NCBI GenBank assembly: GCA_050012915.1
Contig: JBEKGG010000001.1
Location: 1-56,802, forward strand
DNA: 56,802 bases
DNA from: Terriglobales bacterium
GTDB lineage: Bacteria; Acidobacteriota; Terriglobia; Terriglobales; Acidobacteriaceae
Direction: 5' to 3'
Shown here: positions 47,171-56,637 of the stretch, piece after piece
Numbering within the stretch: position 1 is the stretch's first letter
Layout: each line of letters begins with the position of its first letter
Made by a program: the position numbers and the translations under genes
The notes under the pieces: model-generated
What the model saw: only the letters and a program-made list of their open reading frames with translations
What the model was told of the DNA's origin: nothing
Databases searched by the model: none

Positions 47171-47182
47171 ATCGGAGTGAAT

Positions 47183-48391
47183 ATGGCAACAGCTACTGCA
47201 GTGAAAAAGAGAACAGTTCGGATCAATGGTTGCGTGGCTTCGGCGCAGGCCGCCAAGTATGCCGATGTCGATGTGATTACGGCCTACCCCATCCGGCCTT
47301 ACACCGCGACCATGATGGCGCTGGCGCAAATGGTGGCCAACGGAGAACTTGATGCCGAATATATCGTGGCCGACAGCGAGCACTCGCAGTTAAGCATCGC
47401 GCACGGAGCTTCGTCGAGTGGCGCGCGTGTTTTCACCGGCAGTTCCGGCGTCGGAGTGCAATTCGCATATGAGCTTTACTCGCCAATTTCCGGCAGTCGC
47501 ATGCCGGTGCAAATGATGATCGCCGACCGCACTCTCGATCCTCCCGGCGATTTCGGTTCCGAGCACACCGACGCGCTTTCGACGCGCGACATGGGATGGC
47601 TCATGGGCTGGGCCTGCGACGCGCAGGAAGCGTTCGACAATCATCTGATGGGTTATCGAATCGGCGAAGACCCGCGCGTGCTTTTGCCGCAGATGATCTG
47701 CCAGGATGGCTTTTTTGTTTCGCACATCACCAGCGACGTCGAATTACCAGATTCCGGCCAGGTAAAGGAATTCCTGCCTCCGTACAAGCATCCGTATCCG
47801 CTCGATCCGCGGCACCCGGTGTCGCATGGTCCACAGATCATGCCGGAGCAGGGCCCGCCGCTTCAGCTAGAGCGGGCGCGTGCCATGGAAGGCTCGGTGG
47901 ATGTCATTGAGCAGGTTCACGAGGAGTTCGCGAGAATCTTCGGACGGCGATACGATCCCTGGGTCGAAGAGTTTATGACCGATGACGCCGAAGTTGTTTT
48001 CTTTATGCAGGGCGGTCACGCGGTGACTGCACGCTTCGCCATTCAGCACATGCGCGAAAAAGGCCTGAAGGTTGGGCTCGTACGGTTGCGAACTATCCGT
48101 CCGTATCCGACCGATCGGGTGAACGAAGTTCTAAGTAAATTTAAAGTGGTCGGCGTCATTGAAACCAACATGGGACTCGGCAGTGTGAGCAGCGGGGGCG
48201 TTTTGTACGCCGAGGTTTGTGCGGCACTCTACGAAAATCAAAAGCGCCCGTTAGTGGTTTCGTTCATGGCTGGAATGGGTGGCGAGGCCATCGTGCTGAA
48301 AGAATTTTACTGGATGACCGAGAAGATGATGAATGCGCAGAAGCGCGGGAAAATCGAAAAGCGCACGCATTGGGTCGGATTCGAAGAGTAA
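47183..48391 (+). CDS. 2-oxoacid:acceptor oxidoreductase alpha subunit
   Basis: The NGCVASAQAAKYADVDVITAYPIRPYT...SEHSQLSIAHGASSSGARVFTGSSGVGVQF pattern matches PorA/VorA/KorA domain I. The C-terminal domain II is similar. About 402 aa. Confidence 0.85.
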   Translation: MATATAVKKRTVRINGCVASAQAAKYADVDVITAYPIRPYTATMMALAQMVANGELDAEYIVADSEHSQLSIAHGASSSGARVFTGSSGVGVQFAYELYSPISGSRMPVQMMIADRTLDPPGDFGSEHTDALSTRDMGWLMGWACDAQEAFDNHLMGYRIGEDPRVLLPQMICQDGFFVSHITSDVELPDSGQVKEFLPPYKHPYPLDPRHPVSHGPQIMPEQGPPLQLERARAMEGSVDVIEQVHEEFARIFGRRYDPWVEEFMTDDAEVVFFMQGGHAVTARFAIQHMREKGLKVGLVRLRTIRPYPTDRVNEVLSKFKVVGVIETNMGLGSVSSGGVLYAEVCAALYENQKRPLVVSFMAGMGGEAIVLKEFYWMTEKMMNAQKRGKIEKRTHWVGFEE

Positions 48392-48433
48392 GTATGATGC
48401 GGGGCCTTTGCACCCTGCCATTGGGAGAAAACG

Positions 48434-49498
48434 ATGTCAGCAATTGAAGTGGAACGTCAGATACTGCCAATTCTCGGGAGCCCAAATCAGGGCGCGCGTT
48501 TTTACAACCCTGACTTACCGTCGTCCGAACCGTTCGTCCCCGGCCATCGCACTTGCGCCGGTTGCGGGCCTTCCATCCAATACCGGATGACGAGCAAGGC
48601 TTCCGGCGACAATACGATCCTGGTCGGACCGACAGGCTGTATGTATGTCGCGAACAGTTCGTATTTGTGCACGCCCTACAATGTGCCTTGGGCGCACACC
48701 CAGATTGGCAGCGCGGGCAGCTTCACCGCTGGCGTGGCAGCGGCCTATGAAGCCATGATCCGCAAGGGCAAATGGAAGGGTCAGTTTCCAAATATTATTT
48801 GCGAAGCAGGCGACGGCAGCGCTTCGGACATCGGCCTTGCCTCGATTTCAGGAGCACTTTACCGCAATCACGACTGCCTGATTATCTGCTACGACAACGA
48901 GCAGTATGCGAACACCGGCATTCAGGCCTCATCGCGCACGCCGTACGGCGGCATGACGACATTCTCCCCTCCCGGCCCCGAAGTTCCAGAAGGGAAGAAG
49001 CTGTTTCCCAAAGATCTCGCCCGCATGATGGCGGCGGGCCATCCCCACTGTTACGTGGCGACCGCAAGCGTGGGCTACCCGATCGACTTGATGAACAAAG
49101 TGCGCAAGGGACTCAACCACAAGGGCGCTGCTTATCTCATGGTCTACACGCCTTGCCAGAAGGGCTTCGTGTACGAGACGCCGCGCTCGATTGATCTGGG
49201 CCGGTTGGTCGTCGAATGCGGGCTCTATCCGATCTGGGAGTGGAATCCTGAGAAGCGCGCATACGATTACAGCTTCCGCCCGCAGAATATGCGGCCGGTG
49301 TCGGAGTATTTGAAGTTGCAAGGACGCTTCGGACATCTCCACGCTGAGCACATCGCCAAGTTGCAGCAGTTCGCGAACGAGCAGTGGAAGATGATGGGCG
49401 TCCAGCTGCCGGAGGCCTTGATTCATGCGGCAGATGCGAAGAACCTTACCAACATGGCGTCGGCGGCAGAAGCCGAGGCGGTGGCGCAAACTTTATGA
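48434..49498 (+). CDS. 2-oxoacid:acceptor oxidoreductase beta subunit (thiamine-diphosphate and [4Fe-4S] binding)
   Basis: GHRTCAGCG N-terminal cluster motif and the GDGSASDIGL...YDNEQYANTGIQASSRTP ThDP-binding motif. Confidence 0.85.
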   Translation: MSAIEVERQILPILGSPNQGARFYNPDLPSSEPFVPGHRTCAGCGPSIQYRMTSKASGDNTILVGPTGCMYVANSSYLCTPYNVPWAHTQIGSAGSFTAGVAAAYEAMIRKGKWKGQFPNIICEAGDGSASDIGLASISGALYRNHDCLIICYDNEQYANTGIQASSRTPYGGMTTFSPPGPEVPEGKKLFPKDLARMMAAGHPHCYVATASVGYPIDLMNKVRKGLNHKGAAYLMVYTPCQKGFVYETPRSIDLGRLVVECGLYPIWEWNPEKRAYDYSFRPQNMRPVSEYLKLQGRFGHLHAEHIAKLQQFANEQWKMMGVQLPEALIHAADAKNLTNMASAAEAEAVAQTL

Positions 49499-49896
49499 AC
49501 ACCAAAACCAGTGCTCCCTATCATCCTGTCGAGTCCGCGCCCGAAGCTGAGCCGGAGGGACAGGAAAGTTACATTGTTACCGAAGGCAAGAAGCGCGGCT
49601 CGACTCGCGACGTACGGCCGGAAGCGGCGTTCAATCGCTACTACACGGTTCTTCGCGTTCACGCCGGTGACGCGATCCTTACCGATAACTGGCACACCAA
49701 AGAAGTGCTCGATCACGCGCGGAATAATTTCGAGGGAGTCACGTTCGCAATGCGCACGCTCGAAGCTTGGGGCGCAATGATCGAGAACGATCACCGCGCC
49801 TACTACACGGCGGGCGGCCGGGTCTGGGTCATGGATCTGGAGCCGTCCGAAGGAAAGAAACCGCGCTTGCCCGGCACCGGAGCCGGCAAGAAGTAG
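49495..49896 (+). CDS. Hypothetical protein translationally coupled to the OFOR beta subunit
   Basis: ATGA overlap with the beta-subunit stop. 133 aa with an acidic N-terminus, a basic C-terminal tail (GKKPRLPGTGAGKK) and no motif I recognise. Confidence 0.5.
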   Translation: MNTKTSAPYHPVESAPEAEPEGQESYIVTEGKKRGSTRDVRPEAAFNRYYTVLRVHAGDAILTDNWHTKEVLDHARNNFEGVTFAMRTLEAWGAMIENDHRAYYTAGGRVWVMDLEPSEGKKPRLPGTGAGKK

Positions 49897-49903
49897 GATA
49901 TGG

Positions 49904-50266
49904 TTGCCCCGCATCCTGCTCATCGACGACACGCCGGAGATTGCCGAACTTCTGACATTCTCGCTGCGCGACCGCGGCTACGAAGTCTTTGCATCGGGAT
50001 TTACCGAGGGCATCAACGAACTGGTTGCCCAGCAGCATGCCGATGCGCTTGTACTCGACTGCTCCGTTTTCAACATGAGCGAGTCGCTCTTCGACACCGT
50101 GCGTCATCACCTCGATCATGCCGAGCTTCCCATTGTCATCATCAGTGACACGCCTGAAGAGGCCGACGCGAGTCTGCGCTCGCGAAAAGCCCGAAGAGTC
50201 TTGCTGATCCCGAAACCTTTCACCGGATCGCAGGTTGCAAGAGCGCTCGATCAACTGCTGGGATGA
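49904..50266 (+). CDS. Stand-alone CheY-like response-regulator receiver domain
   Basis: Acidic pair (LLIDDT), candidate phospho-acceptor Asp (ALVLDCS), conserved Ser (VIISD) and Lys-Pro (IPKPF). TTG start. No output domain. Confidence 0.75.
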   Translation: MPRILLIDDTPEIAELLTFSLRDRGYEVFASGFTEGINELVAQQHADALVLDCSVFNMSESLFDTVRHHLDHAELPIVIISDTPEEADASLRSRKARRVLLIPKPFTGSQVARALDQLLG

Positions 50267-50282
50267 CCGTGCAAAGATAAAT

Positions 50283-50606
50283 ATGCCTCTATGGAGCATG
50301 GACGACTGGAAGTACCTCGAGCGTGAGCTCGTCACTGATCCCAACGGCAGGCAGTGGACCGTGGCGCTGATGGATGTGCTGGGACAGGAAGGAGATCCCG
50401 AGATGCCGAACAAGCTGCTGGAACTGCAGTATTCCTCGGGCCGGTATTTCACGCTCGTCTATGCTGACGGGGGAGCGCTACAACGCGAGCGCGGCTACGC
50501 TTCGCTCGAAGAAGCCACGACCGCCTATGAGAATCTGCTGATGGGCGTGATCGATGGCCGTGTCGATCCATCGCAGCCCGTATTCCGGCAGGATCTGGAA
50601 GATTGA
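50283..50606 (+). CDS. Hypothetical small protein
   Basis: ORF of 107 aa (123 aa from the upstream in-frame start at 50235). No recognisable motif and a weak ribosome-binding site, so coding status is only moderately supported. Confidence 0.35.
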   Translation: MPLWSMDDWKYLERELVTDPNGRQWTVALMDVLGQEGDPEMPNKLLELQYSSGRYFTLVYADGGALQRERGYASLEEATTAYENLLMGVIDGRVDPSQPVFRQDLED

Positions 50607-50635
50607 TGATCCGGGGCCCTTTGAGGACGGCGTCT

Positions 50636-51415
50636 CTAGCGGCCCGGATCGAGATCTCTCATCACAACATGCAGGACTTGCCCGGTTCTTCGCGCGTCGT
50701 TCTCGGATGCGACCACCTTCGCGCTGCCGCTCTCGTCGCGGTAGTTCCACGCGACGGCCGGCAGCCGGGCGCACCCGCCGCGAATGAGCCCTGTTTTCTC
50801 GGCGACGGCGATGCGAGTCTCGAACGACCAATCAGCAATCTTTCCTGCAGGCGCGCCCGAAATAGCCAGCGCCGCCAGTCCCTTGGTCTCCAGCGCATCG
50901 GTTACGATAGCTTCCAGGATTCCGCAGGAAGTGTGCAGTGACGCGTCAAAGCGCCCTTGCTCCAGGTCGTGCCGGCTATCGGCATAAGTTTGCTCGAGGA
51001 TGGGCCGGAGTTCGGCATTGTGAACAAAATCGAACCGATGAGGAGGCGGTGCCGCCAATGACGCAGAAATGACCGGCCCATCATCGGTTCCGGAGAGCGA
51101 GGCAACCGCTTGCTCGAGCACGTCGAGCAGTCGGTTGGCGATCTCGGCCGGCGCCGCGCCTTCGACTGCACGACCCGATGCTGAACGCATCAGGAAAGCT
51201 TGGCTAAACGATCGCGCAAGCCAATGCGCTTTGCTGCCTCCGGACAATTGATTGATGGTGACGCCGCAGTCTTCCTGCCAGACTCGGGTGGCTGTGATCG
51301 CGGATTGGTCGGAAGAGTCAGTATTCAACGCATCCCGAAGCTGCAGTCCGCGACGGATAAGGCCATCGAGGTGGGAAAGGTAAGTCTCGATTTGAGTTTG
51401 CAGAGTCTGGTCCAT
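50636..51415 (-). CDS. Hypothetical all-alpha protein, C-terminal region weakly HEPN-like
   Basis: 259 aa, the only minus-strand gene in this block. The C-terminal 130 aa or so look helical and carry an R-x5-H motif (RRTGQVLH) close to the C-terminus, as in HEPN domains. This is a low-confidence family guess. Confidence 0.4.
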   Translation of the reverse strand: MDQTLQTQIETYLSHLDGLIRRGLQLRDALNTDSSDQSAITATRVWQEDCGVTINQLSGGSKAHWLARSFSQAFLMRSASGRAVEGAAPAEIANRLLDVLEQAVASLSGTDDGPVISASLAAPPPHRFDFVHNAELRPILEQTYADSRHDLEQGRFDASLHTSCGILEAIVTDALETKGLAALAISGAPAGKIADWSFETRIAVAEKTGLIRGGCARLPAVAWNYRDESGSAKVVASENDARRTGQVLHVVMRDLDPGR

Positions 51416-51616
51416 CAGTTGCGCTTCGGACTATTTTTACGTCGAGGCCGTCTCTGCGGAATTTGAGTCGACATCCCGCGCATCAGAAGCAAGCCTCTTC
51501 GGCGATGCGATTGTTCTTGAGCGCACAGTGAAACGAATCACTATTTCGGCGATTCACGAATCCTTGACTTTCGTCTACGGGGAGTGATAAATTCGCTGCC
51601 GCAAAGTGGTTCGATC

Positions 51617-51627
51617 ACTGGACCAGT
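51617..51627. promoter_or_regulatory. Palindrome ACTGGACCAGT upstream of the OFA-family transporter gene
   Basis: Perfect 5+1+5 palindrome. Its complement contains CTGGTCCA, the same 8-mer found in the inverted repeat upstream of the GntR-family gene (41462-41469). Confidence 0.2.
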
Positions 51628-51781
51628 TTAGCATATTGTTTTGCAATCGATTGCGTACCGCCTGGAAGGTCTATGTTTGCGAAAAGCGCCATTTCGCGCG
51701 GAGCTGTAGGCGGGATTGGGGCCGACGGTTTTCGTGGGATGCGATTAAAGTCCAGCACGCTGTCGCGGAGGTATACCTAAA

Positions 51782-53128
51782 ATGGCTGCATCTCCAGGCG
51801 CTCTGATTCACCCCTCTCGTATTCCCAACCGTTGGATCCAGTTAGTCGCTGGCATTGTCGCAATGATGGCGATCGCGAATATGCAGTATGCCTGGACTCT
51901 GTTCACCAAGCCCATCCAGGCTCACCTGCATGTGTCGCTGGTAGCGGTTCAATGGACCATCACTCTGTTCGTCGCTTTGGAAACATGGCTTGTGCCTTTT
52001 GAAGGATACCTCGTAGACAAAATCGGACCGCGATTCATGCTGGGTATCGGAGCGATCCTGGTTGGGCTGGGTTGGGTTGGAGCCGGCCGCGCCGAAACCA
52101 TAAGCAACCTCTATTTCTGGTACGCACTGGGGGGCGTGGGAGCGGGAGCAGTTTACGGAGGAACCATCGGCAACGCTCTGAAATGGTTCCCGGATTATCG
52201 CGGCTTATGTGTCGGCCTCACTGCCGGGGCTTACGGCATCGGCACGGCGGCGACAATCTCTCCGATCGCCTCCATGCTGAAAACTTCGGGCTATCAGCAC
52301 ACATTTGTAGTCTGGGGAATCATCCAGGGATTTGTCGTGCTCGCGGCCGCCCTGTTCCTGGCCAAGCCGCCTGCAGGGTGGACGCCGCCGAACTGGAAGG
52401 AGAAAGAGGGCAAGATCAGGGCGAAAGTGAAGACTTCGGCGATCGACATGACCCCAGTCGAGATGCTCCGCCAACCGTCATTCTATGTCCTCTATCTGAT
52501 GCTGACCATGTTAGCTTTCGGCGGTATTGTGGTTACCGTACAGCTCGATCCCATGGCGACCTCGTACCATGTGGACAACGTCATCGTGGTGTTTGGCATG
52601 ACCGCGTTGGTCCTGGCCATTACAGTCGACCGGATTCTGAATGGCTTGACGCGTCCGTTCTGGGGATGGGTGTCCGATCACATCGGCCGCGAAAACGCCA
52701 TCTTCATCTCCTTCGTTCTGGAAGCGATCGCGGTCTTCGCCCTGCTCCAACTCATCAGTCATCCGGTTTGGTTCGTAGCATTATCAGGCCTGTGTTTCTT
52801 TGCTTGGGGCAACATCTATTCGTTATTTCCTTCGATCACCGGCGACCTGTACGGAAACAAATGGGCCACCACCAACTACGGTATTTTGTATACCGCTAAG
52901 GGAGCCGCTACACTGTTTGCCGCACCTGGTGCCGCGTGGCTATTTGCCAAGACCGGATCGTGGAGTAAGGTTTTTTGGGCGATGATTGCGTGCGATCTGG
53001 TTGCCGCTTTCATGGCTCTGCTGTGGCTAAAGCCGCTGGCAGCGCGTGTGGTCCGAGAGTCAGAGCGCACGGCCGCGGCAGGAACCCTACCCGCGGACTC
53101 CTCGATAAAAGCACGGATACTGGCATAG
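51782..53128 (+). CDS. MFS transporter of the oxalate/formate antiporter (OFA) family
   Basis: The N-terminus NRWIQLVAGIVAMMAIANMQYAWTLFTKPI is characteristic of OFA/OxlT-like transporters. 12 TM layout, 448 aa. Confidence 0.75.
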   Translation: MAASPGALIHPSRIPNRWIQLVAGIVAMMAIANMQYAWTLFTKPIQAHLHVSLVAVQWTITLFVALETWLVPFEGYLVDKIGPRFMLGIGAILVGLGWVGAGRAETISNLYFWYALGGVGAGAVYGGTIGNALKWFPDYRGLCVGLTAGAYGIGTAATISPIASMLKTSGYQHTFVVWGIIQGFVVLAAALFLAKPPAGWTPPNWKEKEGKIRAKVKTSAIDMTPVEMLRQPSFYVLYLMLTMLAFGGIVVTVQLDPMATSYHVDNVIVVFGMTALVLAITVDRILNGLTRPFWGWVSDHIGRENAIFISFVLEAIAVFALLQLISHPVWFVALSGLCFFAWGNIYSLFPSITGDLYGNKWATTNYGILYTAKGAATLFAAPGAAWLFAKTGSWSKVFWAMIACDLVAAFMALLWLKPLAARVVRESERTAAAGTLPADSSIKARILA

Positions 53129-53150
53129 TGGAATCGAATAGCCGCGCTGA

Positions 53151-54827
53151 CTATCCGGCAGCGCCTGCCGCCCTTATCTTCACGGATGGAATTGCGCCCC
53201 GCGTGGTTCCAACAGCCGCCGCGTCAGCGTCGATTTTAAACTTGCCGACCAATCCACGAAGTTGGGTCGACATTTCTACCAGTTGCTGAGCTGCCTTTTG
53301 AGTCTCGGTCGCTCCCTCAGTGGTACTCCGCGCCGCCTCCGCCACTCCTCCAATGTTACTGGTAATTTCTCCGCTTGCCTGAGCGGCCTCGCTAACGTTG
53401 CGCGACATTTCGTTTGTTGTTGCGTTCTGCTCCTCGACGGCCGTGGCGATGGTGCCCGAGATATTGTTGACCTGATTGATCACATCGCTAATCGATGCGA
53501 TTGCATCTACTGCCGCCCTCGTATCAGCTTGGATGGCCTCTATCTTGCGGCTGATGTCTTCAGTGGCCCTGGCGGTCTCTTTCGCGAGTTCCTTGACTTC
53601 ATTAGCGACTACAGCGAATCCTTTGCCTGCCTCACCTGCGCGGGCGGCTTCAATGGTCGCGTTCAGCGCGAGCAGATTGGTCTGCTGCGCAATTGAAGTG
53701 ATAACTTTAATGACTTGCCCAATCTCATTCGAGGACTCGCCCAGCTTGGACACCGTGGCGGTCGTGCTTTCCGCTGCTTTCACTGCTGAAGTCGCCACCC
53801 TCGCCGCTTCAGTGGCGTTTTTGGCAATCTCGTTAATACTGCCCTCCATTTCTTCCGCCCCAGTCGCGACGGTCTGAAGGTTCTGGCTGACCGACAACGC
53901 TGATTTCGAAACCACGTCAGCCTGTGCCTTCGTTTGTTCGGAATTGCTGGTGATCTGCTGGCTGGTGGTGTTCAATGCCTCGCTTGCGCTGGCTACCTGA
54001 TTCGCATTTTCCTTGATGGCCAGGATCATGCGCCTCAATCCGCCACTCATCTCGTTGATCGCCGTGGTCAAGTCACCCAGTTCGTCCCGGCTGCGAATTT
54101 CCAGATCATCACGGGTTAAGTCCCCTGCAGCGATGGCCTGCGCTTGGACAAGAATTGATTGGGTTGTCTGAGCAATGCCCCGGCTCAGGAAAATGGCCAC
54201 ACAGATTCCCATACTCAGTGCGGCAAAAGTGCTCACCGCCATGGTCAGGTTGAGAGAGCGGTTATCGGCGCGCAGTTCTTCTTTGTTCTGGTCCACTAAC
54301 TTGTCAAAAGAATCTGCCATGCTCCCGAGCGATTGTTTCATCGCTATGTTGATCGGTGTCGCGTGGTCGGCGGATTCGTTCCCAGCCTGAATGACGGCGT
54401 CGCGCCCACCATCCGCCGCATGCTTTATCGCCGCCTCCTGAACCGCGCGGAGCAGGGGAAGTTGCTTCTTAATCTCGTCCAGTTGGTCACGGCTTACTTG
54501 GAGGCTCCATTTGGGAGCCAGCTCATCCATGGCGGCGATGTCTTTCTCGACATCGCTCCAGGTTCCGTCAAACAGCTTCTTGGTTGGCTCCAATCGATCT
54601 GCTTCCGTCCCCGCCAGGATTGCCTGACGACCCTTGACCTGGGTTTGATTCAAATCCCGCTGCAACTTTATAGCGGCTTCGAGTGACGGGATGCGCACCT
54701 CGAAGGCGGCATCCTGGCTTTGCCTGATATGGTTCGACTTGATGTAGCTGGCGGTCGCGATGAAGACCAGCAAGAACAGGATTGTGCCAAAGCCCACTCC
54801 GAGTTTCTTCCCAAGGGTTAACTTCAA
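53151..54827 (-). CDS. Methyl-accepting chemotaxis protein (4-helix-bundle sensor, HAMP, signalling domain)
   Basis: Highly conserved signalling hairpin ([32 protein letters not shown]), a HAMP segment ([10 protein letters not shown]), and two TM helices flanking a periplasmic helical domain. Confidence 0.9.
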   Translation of the reverse strand: MKLTLGKKLGVGFGTILFLLVFIATASYIKSNHIRQSQDAAFEVRIPSLEAAIKLQRDLNQTQVKGRQAILAGTEADRLEPTKKLFDGTWSDVEKDIAAMDELAPKWSLQVSRDQLDEIKKQLPLLRAVQEAAIKHAADGGRDAVIQAGNESADHATPINIAMKQSLGSMADSFDKLVDQNKEELRADNRSLNLTMAVSTFAALSMGICVAIFLSRGIAQTTQSILVQAQAIAAGDLTRDDLEIRSRDELGDLTTAINEMSGGLRRMILAIKENANQVASASEALNTTSQQITSNSEQTKAQADVVSKSALSVSQNLQTVATGAEEMEGSINEIAKNATEAARVATSAVKAAESTTATVSKLGESSNEIGQVIKVITSIAQQTNLLALNATIEAARAGEAGKGFAVVANEVKELAKETARATEDISRKIEAIQADTRAAVDAIASISDVINQVNNISGTIATAVEEQNATTNEMSRNVSEAAQASGEITSNIGGVAEAARSTTEGATETQKAAQQLVEMSTQLRGLVGKFKIDADAAAVGTTRGAIPSVKIRAAGAAG

Positions 54828-55042
54828 TTCCTTCTCCTAGATCGTGACTGGAGTTGACCAGGCGCCAGACGGCGTGCCCTTTGTCCAGTTCCCGGGCCGT
54901 TTCTTTCGGTTGCGCGAGAATTGTGCTCGACGGGATGTTTATCGGCAAAATCGTAGTCGAGCTTTAGGTCAATGGATCGAATGCGGGGCAAGAGTCGACT
55001 GCGAAACATCCGAGGCCAGTACCGGGCTACCACTCGCCGCTT

Positions 55043-56362
55043 CTAGGCCGGCAATCGCGCGCCGCGCGTTTCAATAGCAAAGGGAATGAGAAGAAGTCCG
55101 AGCGCGAAGGCGATCGAAGTCATCGCCACTGGCCTTCCCAGCGATCCGAAGTGGCGGACACCGGCTCCAACCATGAAAGTTATTCCTGCCCCGCCAAATC
55201 GTGCGAAGGAGGTAGAAAACGCGAACGCGCTGGCGCGACATTCCGTAGGATATTGCTCCGGGAGCCAGAGAGTGTAGACGGCGAAGTTAGCGCCGCCCAG
55301 TCCCAGAAAAAAGAGGCAAACAAAAAACCAGAGGAGCGCACTAGCTCCAAGATAAAAAACTTTGCCGAAGGTGAGCGCGATGAACGCCATCATGAGCGCG
55401 AAGAAGAATGCCAGCGCGCCGCGTCGTCCCATTCGCTCCGCCAGCCACGGCATTGCCAGGCAGCCGAGGATGGTCGCGAACGATACCAGCATAATGCCCC
55501 AGGAAGCTAGCTGAGCAACCCGCGGACCGCTTCGCCCACTCGCTTCAGCCACCGATGTGATTGCTGCAGGGACATACACGGTTCCAGCCCACAAGCCGCA
55601 GATGGAAACCAGCATGAGAAGCGAATTCACCACGGTGCGGCGGCGCCACATGGGTGAAAACAGCGTCGCTAGAGGACGCCAAACCGACCACGTGCGGACA
55701 ATTGTTTCTTTCTTCGTCCAGGCAACGGGCTCGCTGACTCCGTGTCGAACCCAGGCCAGAAGCAACGCCGGCAACCCTCCCACAATAAACATGGCGCGCC
55801 AGCCAAAGCGGCTGCTAATAGCGTAGTTCACCAGCGCCGCGAGAAATATGCCGACATAGTATCCGGTGTGCATCAGGCCCGCACCCATGCGGCGTCGACT
55901 CTCGGGCCACTCCTCCGCCACGAACGTGCCGCCCATAGCCCATTCTCCGCCAATGCCCACGCCCGCAAGCAGGCGAAGTATTGCAAGCTGCCAAACTCCG
56001 GTGACGAACGCGCTCAGAAAAGTGAATGCTGAATACCACAGAATGGTCAGCATGAGCGTGCGCACGCGGCCAAACTTGTCTCCAATCGGCCCCCACAGGA
56101 ACGCAAGTCCCCAGCCAATCAGGAACAGGGCGAAGAGCAATCCCCCATACAGTCCAACGTTACCTTTGGTGGCTGGAATGCCGGAGCGGGGAAGCAGTTC
56201 GCGCAGCGATGGCACGAGTACGAGAGCATAGACAAACGAATCCATCCCGTCCAGTGTCCACCCGCCCCACGATGCCCAAAAGCCGCGAATCTGATTTCGG
56301 GTGAGGGATGGAGACGACGCCGTCACGGACTGGGTGACTTCCTTCGCGGCAGGTCGAGGCAT
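55043..56362 (-). CDS. MFS transporter (metabolite:H+ symporter-like)
   Basis: 12 TM layout with MFS signature loops (GPIGDKFGRVRTL, WRAMFIVGGLPALL). The substrate cannot be inferred. Confidence 0.8.
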   Translation of the reverse strand: MPRPAAKEVTQSVTASSPSLTRNQIRGFWASWGGWTLDGMDSFVYALVLVPSLRELLPRSGIPATKGNVGLYGGLLFALFLIGWGLAFLWGPIGDKFGRVRTLMLTILWYSAFTFLSAFVTGVWQLAILRLLAGVGIGGEWAMGGTFVAEEWPESRRRMGAGLMHTGYYVGIFLAALVNYAISSRFGWRAMFIVGGLPALLLAWVRHGVSEPVAWTKKETIVRTWSVWRPLATLFSPMWRRRTVVNSLLMLVSICGLWAGTVYVPAAITSVAEASGRSGPRVAQLASWGIMLVSFATILGCLAMPWLAERMGRRGALAFFFALMMAFIALTFGKVFYLGASALLWFFVCLFFLGLGGANFAVYTLWLPEQYPTECRASAFAFSTSFARFGGAGITFMVGAGVRHFGSLGRPVAMTSIAFALGLLLIPFAIETRGARLPA

Positions 56363-56637
56363 AGCAGTGCGGAACTATACCAAAAACGTTTTCCCTTCGC
56401 GGGAGAATCTTGCAAGCGGCCGGTTGCCTCAAAATCCAGCCCCTGTACACCGCTCATGCATCGGCGAAGCGGCTTCTAATGAAAACTTGCGAACGGACGA
56501 TAGGTAAGTAAGGAAGCTGGAATGGCGCGAACCCGTCTGGGATCTCCGCTTGAGAAGGATTACACGCCAAAACAGCCGGCAGCATGGCACACCAACTGGC
56601 CTGTTGAGGACTTCCGGCTTCGAAAGGAACAGCAGCA

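Noticed and set aside
52072-52899. 275-aa same-strand ORF in an alternative frame of the OFA transporter gene
   Set aside because: The translation is Arg/Gly/Pro-rich and non-membrane-like. The overlapping frame encodes a canonical 12-TM MFS protein.
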